A DNA stretch of 64,000 nt, from contig NC_043005.1 of NCBI RefSeq assembly GCF_006345805.1, forward strand, positions 78,988,001 through 79,052,000, given 5' to 3'. The DNA comes from Octopus sinensis. Its lineage: Eukaryota. Position 1 is the stretch's first letter. Each line of letters opens with the position of its first letter. The notes under the pieces are model-generated. The model was not told where the DNA came from. It saw only the letters and a list, made by a program, of their open reading frames with translations, and did not search any database. Both the position numbers and the translations under genes were made by a program. This document shows positions 11,454 to 24,249 of this stretch, piece after piece.

Positions 11454-13225
11454 ATGGCTCCCTCACAGACAGTCCAACTATGATCAGTGAGATGCTGAAT
11501 GACCAGTTCAAAAGTGTCTTTACCACCCCGTTGGAACACAGACAAGTGAACGAACCAGTGGACTTCTTTGCCGCCTCACCTATAACCAGCGAGGCGGTTA
11601 CAATAGAATGTATTGACATTAGTGAAAAAGATATCCTACTAGCCATAGATGAAGTGGACACAAACTCAGCTGCTGGTCCAGACAGTTTCCCAGCCATCCT
11701 CCTCGAAGCGTGTAAGCATGCCCTGGCAAAACCCCTCAAGATTCTCTTCCAGAGCTTTCTTGCGAATGGCAAACTGCCAAGCAAGCTGAAGGAGAGAATA
11801 ATATGCCCAACACATAAAGGGGGAATTAGAGCAGATGCCAAAAACTATAGGCCTATCTCTCTGACTTCACACATCAGCAAAGTCATGGAACGAATAGTTT
11901 CCGACCAGGTAGGAGCTCTTACAGCATTATGACTGGGTGTTGAGGCAGTTACTCAACAAATCAAATGTGGACGTAATCTACCTTGATTTTGCAAAAGCTT
12001 TTGACAAGGTGGATCATCGTATGATATGCCACAAACTACGTGACCTCGGCATAGCTGGAAAACTTGGAGTGTGGTTGCATGACTTCCTGAAAGATAGGAG
12101 TCAGGCAGTGGTGGTTAATGGAGCCACCTCTATGAAGACACAAATAGTGAGCGGTGTTCCACAGCGCACTGTCTTGGGACCACTGCTTTTTATAGTGGCC
12201 CTCTTAGATATGCCTTCAAGTGCCCGGATAGCCACTCTGGCCAGCTATGCAGACGATACGAAAGTCTCGCAGAAAATACAGAACCCCAGCGATGTTGCAC
12301 ACTTGCAGCAGAATTTGGACTCAATCAACAGATGGGCTGAGGATAATAATATGCAGTTTAATGCTGAAAAATTCCAGGACCTGCGCTACCAGCATCCAAA
12401 ACTGAATATTAAACTTACAGGATACACCGGTCCACAGGGAATTTCAAGTGCACATTACCAGGATGGCGACAAAATGCAGACGACTGGCTGGGTGGATCCT
12501 AAGTGCACATTACCAGGATGGCGACAAAATGCAGACGACTGGCTGGGTGGATCCTAAGAACATTCAGAACCAGAGATAAGGAAACCATGATGGTCCTCTG
12601 GTGGACATTCGTCCTCAGTCGCCTGGATTACTGCTCACAGCTATGGTCACCCACCAGTGTAAAATTAACAGCGGACCTTGAATCAATCCAGAGAAGATTC
12701 ACAAAGAAGATCATCTCTTTGCAACAGCTCAGCTACTGGGAAAGGTTGAAACAGCTAAGACTCTACTCCCGTGAGAGAAGACGGGAGAGGTATGCAGTAA
12801 TATATGTCTGGAAGATCCTGGAAGGAATTGTGCCAAATTTTGGCATTGTAAGCTACACTAATGCTAGAACGGGACGACACTGCATAGTGCCAAAGATCCC
12901 AGCAATGCCATCACGCTTCAGGATCAGCTTCTGCAACAGCCTGGGTTTCAAGGGCCCACAGCTTTTTAATATTCTCCCAAAGAGTCTGAAGAACTTGCAC
13001 AAAGTGGATGTAGCGGTTTTTAAATCAAAACTGGACATCCTCCTGTCAAGAGTCCCAGATGAACCTACCTCACGGCAGGAGGTGCAAATGAGAGTAGCTA
13101 TATCAAACTCCATTTTTCACCAAGTGCCACATATTAGACGAGGTTCGTCGTAATAAAAGTGTAGCACAAGACGGCGGTGCATCAGCATGGCCGCAGCTCT
13201 GAGCTGAAACTAGGAAAAAAAAAAA
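11454..13225 (+). mobile_element. 5'-truncated CR1/L2-group LINE (RT and C-terminus, 3'UTR, A11 tail)
   Basis: NYRPISLTSHISKVMERIV, IYLDFAKAFDKVDH, GVPQRTVLGPLLF, YADD, LSYWERLKQLRLYS, GPQLFNILP; internal deletions and a 55-bp duplication; A run at 13215-13225. Confidence 0.93.
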
Positions 13226-13976
13226 TATATATATATTTATAAATTGAATCAAGCAGTACTCAGAGTAAGAATACTATATGCCAATAAGATGTCCTGAGGA
13301 GTAGTTTCTGTTCATTATTGACCATACCATTATATGCGTAACTATAAAAAGATAAACGACTGTACAATGTATTAAATTAGTATGCGAATTATAATGAATG
13401 ACAATGACGTTACTGAGTATGGTTTATGAAACAGCCGCAATTATAAGTTACAAATATTATTCACCGCTCACTTCTTAATTATGCATACATACATACATAC
13501 ATACATACATACATACATACATGCATACATACATACATACATACATACATACATACATACATGCATACGTATATGTGTGTGTATACTCAAATTTCTGAGT
13601 GTGAATTTGGGAGTTTGTACAGCCTACTACATGTATGAAAAAAATTCTATATGTATACATGTATTTCATGTATGACGTGACATGGTTATGTATCTATGCA
13701 CTTTAGTTCATCCTATGATGTATATGTATGTGCATCTACGTATGTAATACATAAATACGTACATATGTATACATATATATATATATATATGCATGTATCT
13801 TCAAAAGCGAGGCGCTACCATTATGCTCCTGCCTACCGAGATAATACCTAACACCCGAAACCATGTGTCTGCGATTTCAACCCCTCAATCAAATAGCCAC
13901 ACACACACAACACACGCACACACACCATACATGCATGCATACATACATAAAGAAGCATTTACATATATGTATACGT

Positions 13977-14025
<49 letters not shown>

Positions 14026-14346
14026 AATTATCATATATATTTATATGAACTTGTCACCTATGTACATATGATTATATGGGAGTGTTTGATTGCCACATAT
14101 TAGCGCCTATTATTGCAAATCCAGAATAAAAAAAATTAGAACAAGTGAAAGGGAGAGAGAAAAAGTCACCGACTGAGTTTCAATTTCCGTTTTAACACAT
14201 ATCATTTCCGGTTCAACAGACATCCTTTACATCACTGATGGAGTAAGAATAGGCATCGTTGTCACATGTTTCAGACATTTGTGTTTCAAACGTTACGCAG
14301 CATTTGTAGATAAATTAATACATACATACATACATACATACATACA

Positions 14347-14382
<36 letters not shown>

Positions 14383-15056
14383 TGTATATATATATGTATA
14401 TTATATATATATGTATAGATGGATAGGTAGATAGATAGATATAGATACATATGCATATATATATGTAAATATATTTATGTACACACACACACACACATAT
14501 ATATTATATATATAAATATATTTACAGACAAACAAAATATATATATATACATTATATACATATATAGGTATACATCTTTGTGTAATAATATATAATATAT
14601 ATATATATTATATATATATATATACGCTCACATACACACACTCACACACATACATATATGTATATACATACATATGCATACAAACATATGTTTGCAAGCA
14701 TATACACATACATTCATACATGCATATCTACGAGTATGTATGTTTGTATGGATGTAAACGTGTGTACGAAGCTATATATGAAAATACCATTTCGATGATC
14801 CGAGATCATGTCACTAGTTCCAGCGTTTCATGATAACAAACTTTATAAATGACATTTAAATGTTCTAGAGTATGTGGTTAACGAACATGTTGGATGTAAA
14901 AACATGTTGAAACAATATTCATATGCAGCTAATGGGTGCAGATACTTCTTAGAACATGCACCTCAACGCTGATATCAATTAAACATGGCTGTTCTCTAAG
15001 TAAAAGTTTATATAATTTTGATGGTTATTGTGTATGTACTTCTTTTATTGTAGATA

Positions 15057-15621
15057 TTGGGTTGTCCGGAAAGTTCGTGCCGATTTTTAAAAGAAAGATA
15101 AACGTCAATAAATATTTGCCATTACATTTTTAATCAACCAAATATCAACCATTTTGTTGCACACTGCGTCTCCATCTTTCCCTTAACTTGAAAATACCCT
15201 CTTCCCAGAATTGAGGTGGTTTTATGGCAAAGAATTCATCAAAGTGTCTTTTTACGTCATCCAAGGAATTTAAAGTTTTAATTTTTACCATTAACACTAT
15301 TCTACAGAGACCTGAATAAGAGTAAATCTGAAGGAGCAATATCTGGTGAATATGGAGGGTGGGGTAACACATCCCAGCCGAGCTACAGGAATTTTTGTCT
15401 GCTTCCCAAATCATCAAGTGCCAAAAATGAACTTTCTTATCTTCCATTTTAAAGGGTTACAGAATTAACACAGTTTATAGGAACATAAACCTTCTTTCAT
15501 AGATTAAACTGTGCTCTAAATGGAAGTGTAGTCAAATCCTATTTTATGGACTCAACCATGTTCTAAAATAAGTCGAAACGTAAGCTACTATAAATCTGCA
15601 CGAACTTTCCGGACAACCCAA
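15057..15621 (-). mobile_element. internally deleted mariner element with intact 30-bp TIRs and TA target duplication
   Basis: TIR ttgggttgtccggaaagttcgtgc(c/a)gattt at both ends, TA at 15055-56 and 15622-23; minus strand joins N-terminal MEDKKVHFWHLM to LGWDVLPHPPYSPDIAPSD and GIFKLRERWRRSVQQNG. Confidence 0.93.
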
Positions 15622-15729
15622 TACATTTCTACTCTCCTTAATTTTTAGATAGTGGAGAAGTAAAGAGTACGAAAGCTTATAATACTAATACTAGTAATAA
15701 TATATCGTTTAATAATTATAATCAGGAAA

Positions 15730-15910
15730 AGTGCGGCGCGCTGGTTGAATTGTTAGGTGGCCGGCTAAAATACTTAACGGTGTTTACGTTCTGAGTTGAA
15801 ATTCATTCTTTCGGCATCGATAAACTAAGTACCAGATAAGTATTGGGGTTGATGTATTTTACGTGTCTCCCGCCATCAAAATTGCTGGCCTCATGCTAAT
15901 ATTTGAGACC
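15730..15910 (+). mobile_element. degenerate SINE family A
   Basis: gttctgagttgaaattcattctttcggcatcgataaactaagtaccag...gctggcctcatgct...ttgagacc. Confidence 0.6.
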
Positions 15911-16183
15911 AATAATCATAATCTCAAATTATTTCGTCATTAACGAGAATATGCACATCAGTGATAATCCAATGTATATATGTCATTATTCAGTTTATTT
16001 CAAGATTTCTTGCCAATAGAAAAAGAACCGGTTCCTAATATAGATCCAAGGCTCCTTCAATAGAATTTCAACATCAACAACAGGGTATTTCTCTTTGTTT
16101 GTATGTAGTATGTATGTATGTATGTATGTATGTATGTATTTGTATGTATGTATGTATGCATGTATGTATGTATGTATGTATAT

Positions 16184-16405
16184 GTGCAGATTTGTATGTT
16201 TTAAGTATGTATTCTCATGCATATAATTGCATATCTAGACATGCTCATATATATTTAAATGCTAAACTTCTGCAAAGGCTTACAGATTTTTACAGTACGG
16301 GTGATGGATCGGATTTGTAGTCTTCGAATTAACTTTCTCCTTTCTGATTTTGAGAAGCCAAATTTCTGAAGATTGCAGTTTAGACACCGTGTTACATATC
16401 CAAAG
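16184..16405 (-). mobile_element. 5'-truncated 3' end of the (TACA)n-associated R4/Dong-like family
   Basis: GYVTRCLNCNLQKFGFSKSERRKLIRRLQIRSITRTVKICKPLQKFSI*; 3'UTR aligns with 52835-52950; ends in the (TATG)n tract 16098-16183. Confidence 0.85.
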
Positions 16406-16430
16406 TGTATGCATATGTGTATGTGTGTGT

Positions 16431-16472
<42 letters not shown>

Positions 16473-16534
16473 GTGTGTGTGTGCTTATATAGATATACAT
16501 GTGTAAATATCTGTCTGTCTGTCTATGTAAAAGT

Positions 16535-16850
16535 GGAAAAGGTAAAAACCCTCTTTGGTCGTGAATGACCATAGGATGGTACTTGGAAAGTTCGCCTCCG
16601 AGTCACAAGCCTGGGCAAGGTTGTTTATATAGGAGACCAGCAGTCGCGCATGCCTATCAGTCTTCCCTCTCCTCACCAACAATGTTATCAAAAAGAAAGG
16701 CAAAGGCTGATACAGCTTGTCTCCAGTAACGTCTCAAGTCATTTCTACAACTGACTGAACTGGAGCAACGTGAAGTAAAGTGCCTTGCTCAAGAACTCAA
16801 CACACAGCCCGGACCGCGAATCGAGCTCACTACCTCACAATTATGAGCCC
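16535..16850 (-). mobile_element. SINE family C (CORE-like domain) with tail type iii
   Basis: Reverse complement: gtgaggtagtgagctcgattc...ttcttgagcaaggcactttacttcacgttgctccagttcagtcag...aacaaccttgcccaggcttgtgactcggaggcgaactttcc...ggtcattcacgacc. Confidence 0.8.
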
Positions 16851-18777
16851 CACGAATATATATATATAGTGAATTAAAAATTACAGTTAAGGCGACTATT
16901 ATAGGCTTCATTTTGAGGCAACCTAGTGTCAAGAGAAAATACACTTGCTCAAGAAATAACGCAGTGTGACCGAAATGGGAACCTAAAGTGGCGAAGTAAG
17001 CTCGTGCAAAGCTTGGTCATGTCTGCATTATATAAGAATGTACTATCCGATAAATTTATACACACATATATACATATGCATATCTATCTATCTATCTATC
17101 TATCTATCATTCTATCTATTCTATCTATCCACCTACCTATTTATATATTATATATATAGTAATATATATATTAATATATATAATATATATATATATATAT
17201 AAATACACACACACACACATGTACATATTACATATATACTATATATACAAATACATATGTATATATAATATATATATATAATATACATATACATGTATAT
17301 CTGTGTGTCTGCGCGCATGTGTGTTTATGATTATGTATGTATATGTATAAGGGTACACACATCACACACACATACATATACATACATATATATTCACACA
17401 GGCATGAATATGTGTGAACGTATGGGAATATATATATATGTGTGTGTGTGTGCGTGTGTGTATACACATACACATACATACATATGAATATACACATATA
17501 TGCTAAAAATCACACGAGCGCACGCACCTGCACACTCACCCATACACACTAACATATACACACACATACACGTGTACATATGTGCGTGTGAATGTCGGTT
17601 TTACGTCAGGGCTGTTCATTTCTTTAATCATTCAGGGATAGTAAATATAACTGATAACATTGGCATCTACTGTAAAGATATTTCGCTCCGTGTTTCCTCC
17701 ACCATTGTCGATTTTATATACATTTTCTATGTAACTTCTTCTTTTTAATACAGTTAAACGTCTTTGTATGTGGACAGAAGCCGGTAATGAAATCCTTTGC
17801 TAAAATCGTCTTTAAATTGCGAATAGAGTCTTTAGAATGGCCCAATATATCTCCTTTAGCAGAGCTTATCATGCTGTGCCTCTATCTAAGATGACACAAT
17901 GGAAACCAATTTCACTTTAGAAGTTTTGGGTGTACACATCTTTAGGCAATCCATTAATGGATGATTTTTGATAACTGTTTCATCTAAGTCGGAAGAATTT
18001 AAGGTATATTGATAATTATCGTCCGCTAAGGTCTTCTTATGACCCACCTATCCTGAAATCAATAATCCCAAAGTATCCTCACTCTTTCTCTTTCACTATC
18101 ACTATTTCTGCTCTCTCTCCCTCTCTCTGCTCTGCTTTACTCTCTTCCTTTCTCTCTCTCTCTTCTCTCTCTCTCTCTATCCATCTATCTATCTTATTGC
18201 GTTACTCATTCTGTCTCTTTCTATCTCATTACTTCTCTATCTTTCACTTCGTTTTTGCTTTCTCTCGTATGCCCTTACATCTACATCCATATATCTACCC
18301 ACACACATCAGTCACTGAAGATGTACATACGCACACGCACACGCACATATATATAATATATATATATATATACATACATATATATATATTATATAGGCTT
18401 ATATATAATTATACATTTATATACATATACATATATATATATATACATATATATATATACACATATATATAATATATATATACATACATAAATATATTAT
18501 ATATATATATATATATATACATATAATATATATACATACATATATAATATATATATACATACATATATAATATATATAAAATACATACATAAATATATAT
18601 ACATATATACATATATTATATATATATATAATATATGTATATACAAACCTACATATATATATATATATTATATGTATATACAAACCTACATATATATATA
18701 TTATATATATTATATATTAATGTATATACAAACCTACATATATATATAATATATATTATATATCTATATATATATAT

Positions 18778-18827
<50 letters not shown>

Positions 18828-18983
18828 GGACACACTGATAGTATTAATTGTTTGTCCATTTCTTTTGCTTGCTTTCTTCTTCGTATCCTTTCACCCGCAA
18901 CCATCTGCACTCTTCTAAATTGTGAGCAGTGCGATCAAAATCTACTGGCGAATTTTCTGCGTCTACTCACCACCACCACCACC

Positions 18984-19017
<34 letters not shown>

Positions 19018-19275
19018 ATACTACTACCCCCATTATATACATACATATATACTAGTAGTAGTTGTAGCGATAGTAGTAGTAGCGTTAGTGGTAGTAGTAA
19101 TGGTGGTAGTAGCAGTAGTAGTAGCAGCAAAAGCAGTGGTAATAGTAATGATATTAGTGGTAGTAAAGGTGGTGGGCGTAGCAGTAGTAGTAGCAGCTAA
19201 AGCAGTATTAGTAGTTGTAGCAGCAGTAGCAGCAGCATTAGTAGTAGCAGCAAGAGCAGCAGCGGTAGTAGTAAT

Positions 19276-19317
<42 letters not shown>

Positions 19318-19564
19318 GTAGTAGTAGTAGTAGTGTGGTGGTGAGTGTATTGTAACAGCAATTCGCCGCATCAACCACTTGTTGGTGATTCCCTATCCCT
19401 AGCGGATGACACGTTTGCACCCTTCAGGCGACAATCATCGAGCCCATGGGCCTGCTTGGATATCCGTTGCCAACGAGGGTTTTACGAAGGCGGAGTACAA
19501 ATCCTATCTCAACTTCTTACGGTAGTCGCCATTTACGGCACACATAATGCTTCTCCTGCTGCCG

Positions 19565-19637
<73 letters not shown>

Positions 19638-19714
19638 ACTACTACTACTACTACTATTACTACTACTACTACACGTGATTTAAGAATTATAAGAATAAAT
19701 AACCACAGCAACAA

Positions 19715-19935
19715 GAATTAAAGTCTTTCCTGTTACAGGCACAATGTCTGATATTTTGGGGTAGGGTGTAGGATGTTTACATCGACCCCTGTGTAAAAGT
19801 GGAACTTATTTTATCGACCGTTGACAGGTCGAAAGGCAAAATTGACCTCAGCGGAATTAGAACCCAAAACGTGGTGAAAGGAATGCCACCGAGCATTCTG
19901 TCCGGAGTGCTAACCATTCTGCCAGCTCACCACCT
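19715..19935 (-). mobile_element. diverged SINE family A
   Basis: ttattttatcgaccg...gaaaggcaaaattgacctcagcggaattagaacc...gctaaccattctgccagctcacc. Confidence 0.7.
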
Positions 19936-19958
19936 CATTAATAATAATAATAATAATA

Positions 19959-19999
<41 letters not shown>

Positions 20000-20030
20000 G
20001 TAATAATAATAATAATGATAATGGTAATAA

Positions 20031-20855
20031 TCGGATGTTAAAACTTGTCTCAAAACATGAAAACAAGAAAGCATCATACTCAGTAACAAAACAAGCAAAG
20101 AAATATCTAAGTGAATTCCGAATACAACAAATTCCAGAATCAGACATACTAGAAACAGGCACAGAAAAAGCTAAGCGTATGAAAACCCGTGCTAAAACTG
20201 CTGCCTAAGATATTCTTACTGATAAATAGCAAGAAAAACCTCTCAATGGCAAATACCCCATGAGAACTAATAATGTTGATATTGACAAAGGCATTACCCA
20301 TGAATGGTTTGTGGCTTCTGGGTTAAAATCAGAAACAGAAGGGTTTATCGTAACAGTCCAAGATCAATGCCTACCTACAAGAACGGCAGCTGTCCAACAT
20401 ATTTCTGCCGACAACAAAATAAAACCTTTGATCATGTTGTCTCTATATGTAGTCTTCTTGCGCCTACAGAGCATCTCAACAGGTATGATAGAGCAGCGCA
20501 GTATATTCACTGGGTAATTTGCAAAAACTTGAACTTGCTCCATGATAAAAACTGGTGGGAACACAAATGATAGCAAAAGGGGTTGATTGCTACCTAGCTC
20601 AGATACCAGGAAACCCCAAAATGGCAGAAATTCAAAAGATAGTGCTCATAGGAACTGCCATATCCTACGTAAAATTTTTAAACGAACTCATAATTTTCTT
20701 GTTTTCTTAAAATTTTACTAGAACAATACTATGCACAAAACTAAATATACGACATCCTAGGCATAACACCAACATGGACTTCTAACTTGGTGTCTCTTGA
20801 GGTCTCTGGGTAAGACTTGGAGTCAACTTGTGCAAATACAAAGCAAAAGTCAAGC

Positions 20856-20858
<3 letters not shown>
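20031..20858 (+). mobile_element. 5'-truncated Dong-type (R4 clade) element inside (TAA)n
   Basis: GLKSETEGFIVTVQDQCLPT, zinc knuckle CRQQNKTFDHVVSIC, C-terminal EIQKIVLIGTA, 3'UTR; (TAA)n at 19938-20030 and 20858-20915. Confidence 0.9.
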
Positions 20859-20916
<58 letters not shown>

Positions 20917-21515
20917 GGTTTCAAATCTGGGCACGAGTACCGTAATTTTGGAAGGACGTGGGTACTTAATTATATCGAGCTCTGTAGTGACTGCTATATT
21001 ATTTTAAACTATGACAAACAATGTGCAGTTCAGCGTAATTTGAACTGACATCGCAAAGTTAGTATACATACTGCTCCGCTTGTAAGTCGCCGTGCCTGTG
21101 ATTCTACGAAATATTAATAAATTCAAAATTTAGTAGAGACTACATATTCTAAGGTAAGCGAGGCAACCCTTTCGATGAAACCCTAAGTATATAACTAGTA
21201 CTGCTGCTACCGACTACAAGCAAAAGAAAATGAGAGACAAAAAGAATTTTAAAAAGGTATGAAATTGTAATGACTTCAGGGTAAATACAAATAAACGTCA
21301 TCAAAGCACGTTGAGCCCGCGTTGCGAATTACTCTCACTTAAATTGTACTAATATTAATGATAAAAGTGATGAAAATGGAGATTCGCTCCTATTGATAAT
21401 AAAGAGTATATGTGTATACAAAGAATACATACTGCCATATACATAGATACGAAGATACATACATACATACATACACATACCCATGAAATGAATAATGGAC
21501 GTAATACAACTGCTG

Positions 21516-21546
<31 letters not shown>

Positions 21547-21572
21547 GACCTGTATATATATATATATATATA

Positions 21573-21806
21573 CTTTATTTAAAGCAGCAGAAAATTCAAC
21601 AAAACCTGTTACTCTGAGTTTCCCGTTGCCGTTCATCGGAAGTTGCTAGTTTTTGCTAGCAAAAACTGTCCGATGAACGGCAACGGGAAACCCAGAGTAA
21701 CAGGTTTTGTTGAATTTTCTGCTGCTTTAAATAAAGCATATTACTCTACCACCGGTATTTGAGTACTCTTTTTTCCACCTTGTTTCACATTTATGTGTTT
21801 ACTCCG
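21573..21806 (+). mobile_element. probable Penelope-like terminal-repeat fragment with inverted partial duplication (68-bp arms)
   Basis: Arms 21573-21640 and 21669-21736 differ at one base; a single-copy extension runs to 21806; hammerhead-like motif at 21666-21703. Confidence 0.55.
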
Positions 21807-21818
21807 CTATATATATAG

Positions 21819-21973
21819 CGTTACTTAGCGGTTCGGCAAAAGAGACCGATAGAATAAGTACTGGGCTTACAAAAGAATAAGTCCCGGGGTCGATTTGCTC
21901 GACTAAAGGCGGTGCTCCAGCATGGCCGCAGTCAAATGACTGAAACAAGTAAAAGAGTAAAAGAGTAAAAGAG
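21819..21973 (+). mobile_element. SINE family B, 3' half
   Basis: cttagcggttcggcaaaagagaccgatagaataag...ggcggtgctccagcatggccgcagtcaaatgactgaaacaagtaaaagagtaaaagag. Confidence 0.9.
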
Positions 21974-22409
21974 ATATATTTACACATACACATAGTTATA
22001 CGATTATACATACACACATATATGATTATATACAGGCAAATATATATGTGTGTATATATAATTATGCGCATATGAATAAAAAAAATGTTGCCTATATGCA
22101 AGTATGTGTCATCTAAATAAAGTTTCGTGTATATTTACATATTTATATGTTTGTGGCGGTGTGACGGTTTATGAATGTGTCTATAGGCATATATATCTGT
22201 GTGAGCAAAATGTCAGTGTGTATTTATGTACGCAAATGTGAATACATACATGCATACATAGATACATATATATATATACACATATAAATATATATGTGTG
22301 TGTATTATCTATATCTTTCTTTCTCTTTCTATATATATTTATTTATACATATACTTATATATATTATACATACACGCACATATACATATACATACGTACA
22401 CACCACACT

Positions 22410-22486
<77 letters not shown>

Positions 22487-23301
22487 TTGGTGAGTGCCGT
22501 ATCAAAGGGACATTGTGATATTCCCTTTTAAATAACAATTTTTTTTCATATGATAATAGAAAAAGAGAATTGCTTTTAGAACGACACCTCTGAATACACA
22601 CATACACACACACACACACATACATACATACATACATACATACATACATACATACATTCATACATGCATATATATATATATATATATACATGTATACATA
22701 CAAACATACATATATATATATACATATATATATATACATGTATACATACATACAAACATACATATATATGTACATACATCTGTACACCTGATTTGGAAAA
22801 TATATTATTGAGATATATCCGCCCTCCCACCTGGAAATATAATGTTATTACTTTTAAGACCATAGGTAATACATATTATATTGAATCGTAAAACGACTGC
22901 TGAGAATTGGTAAGATTTAAGAGAATAAAAATCTTCTTGTTTCTGTTTTTTTAAAGCCTTTTGCGATAGAAAACGAATACTCTTTGTTGTTTTGCTAAAG
23001 TTACTTTTTATGAAACGATATCAAAAGCTTCTTTTCGTTTCCTAAACTGCCTTGTGTTCCTATTTCTTCGTTTTGATTGCACTCTCCACACATACAGAGC
23101 CGTACATATGAAACATACAAGCAGAAGTGTTCTCACATGCGCACAGATGTAGTCGCATCGCATACACTTTTTATGTATACACGTAAAAACAAACTGACGC
23201 GCACCTCCGCACACTCCCACGTACACGAAGAAATACATGAACACTGTCATAAACATCTCTATCTGTCTCCCCGTATACCTATATACATACACATGCACAC
23301 A

Positions 23302-23373
<72 letters not shown>

Positions 23374-24249
23374 CATACATACTTATATAAAGCTGTCTCT
23401 CAATGTATGTATGTATATATATATATTATATATATATATATATACTTGTATAAAACTCTCTTTCTCTCTCATATATATATATATATAGATATAGATATAT
23501 ACATATGCATGCATCTGTCAATACATTTGCTTATGTTTATGCATATATGCATATATGTATAAATGTTTATGTATATGCATATATATACTTAATATATATA
23601 CATACATATTCATATATACATATATATGTGTGTATATATATATAAATAAATAAATAAATATATATATATCAACATATATCTACACCTATCACTCTTTTTC
23701 TTTCCTTCTATCTCTCACTCTGTCTCTGTCTATCTAATCTGTGTGTATATGTGTGTGTATAAACTCACCGCTATTTAAACATTAATATCTAAGTATTTTT
23801 GGATACACCATAGCTGCCTCGCTATCATACACGCATTGCAATCAAGAGTATTCGGGATCGATCTTATCTGAGGTATCTTGAGCAAGTGTCTTTTAACAGG
23901 AATTTTGTCCCAAACTTTGTAAATGAATGTAAATTGTGAATGTAACGTCAAATTAAACGACGATTTGCGTTAAGGATACAGTTCTGTGTGTTATGTGCAG
24001 CCAGTTGCCCACAATTTCAATATCGGAGCAATCAGATCGCTTGATTGAAGAAATCCAACGTACAATAAAAATACAAGAAATCTACCTATGAATCAATCAA
24101 TCAATCAATCAGTCAGTCTGTGTATGTATCTATCTACAGACAACACGCACACGCACGAACACACACACACACACAGAGGCATGTATATAGATATATATAA
24201 AAAATATTATAAAATATGTATAGTATATATATATATATATATATATTAA

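Noticed and set aside
17590-18080. Coding-like stretch (LEWPNISPL on plus; short open frames on minus)
   Set aside because: Lacks the SPDLNPIE Tc1 motif, frames are short and interrupted, and no family is recognised.
19033-19683. Poly-T/N/A/V ORFs as a homopolymer-rich gene
   Set aside because: Mixed trinucleotide repeats open in several frames on both strands; no start or splice support.
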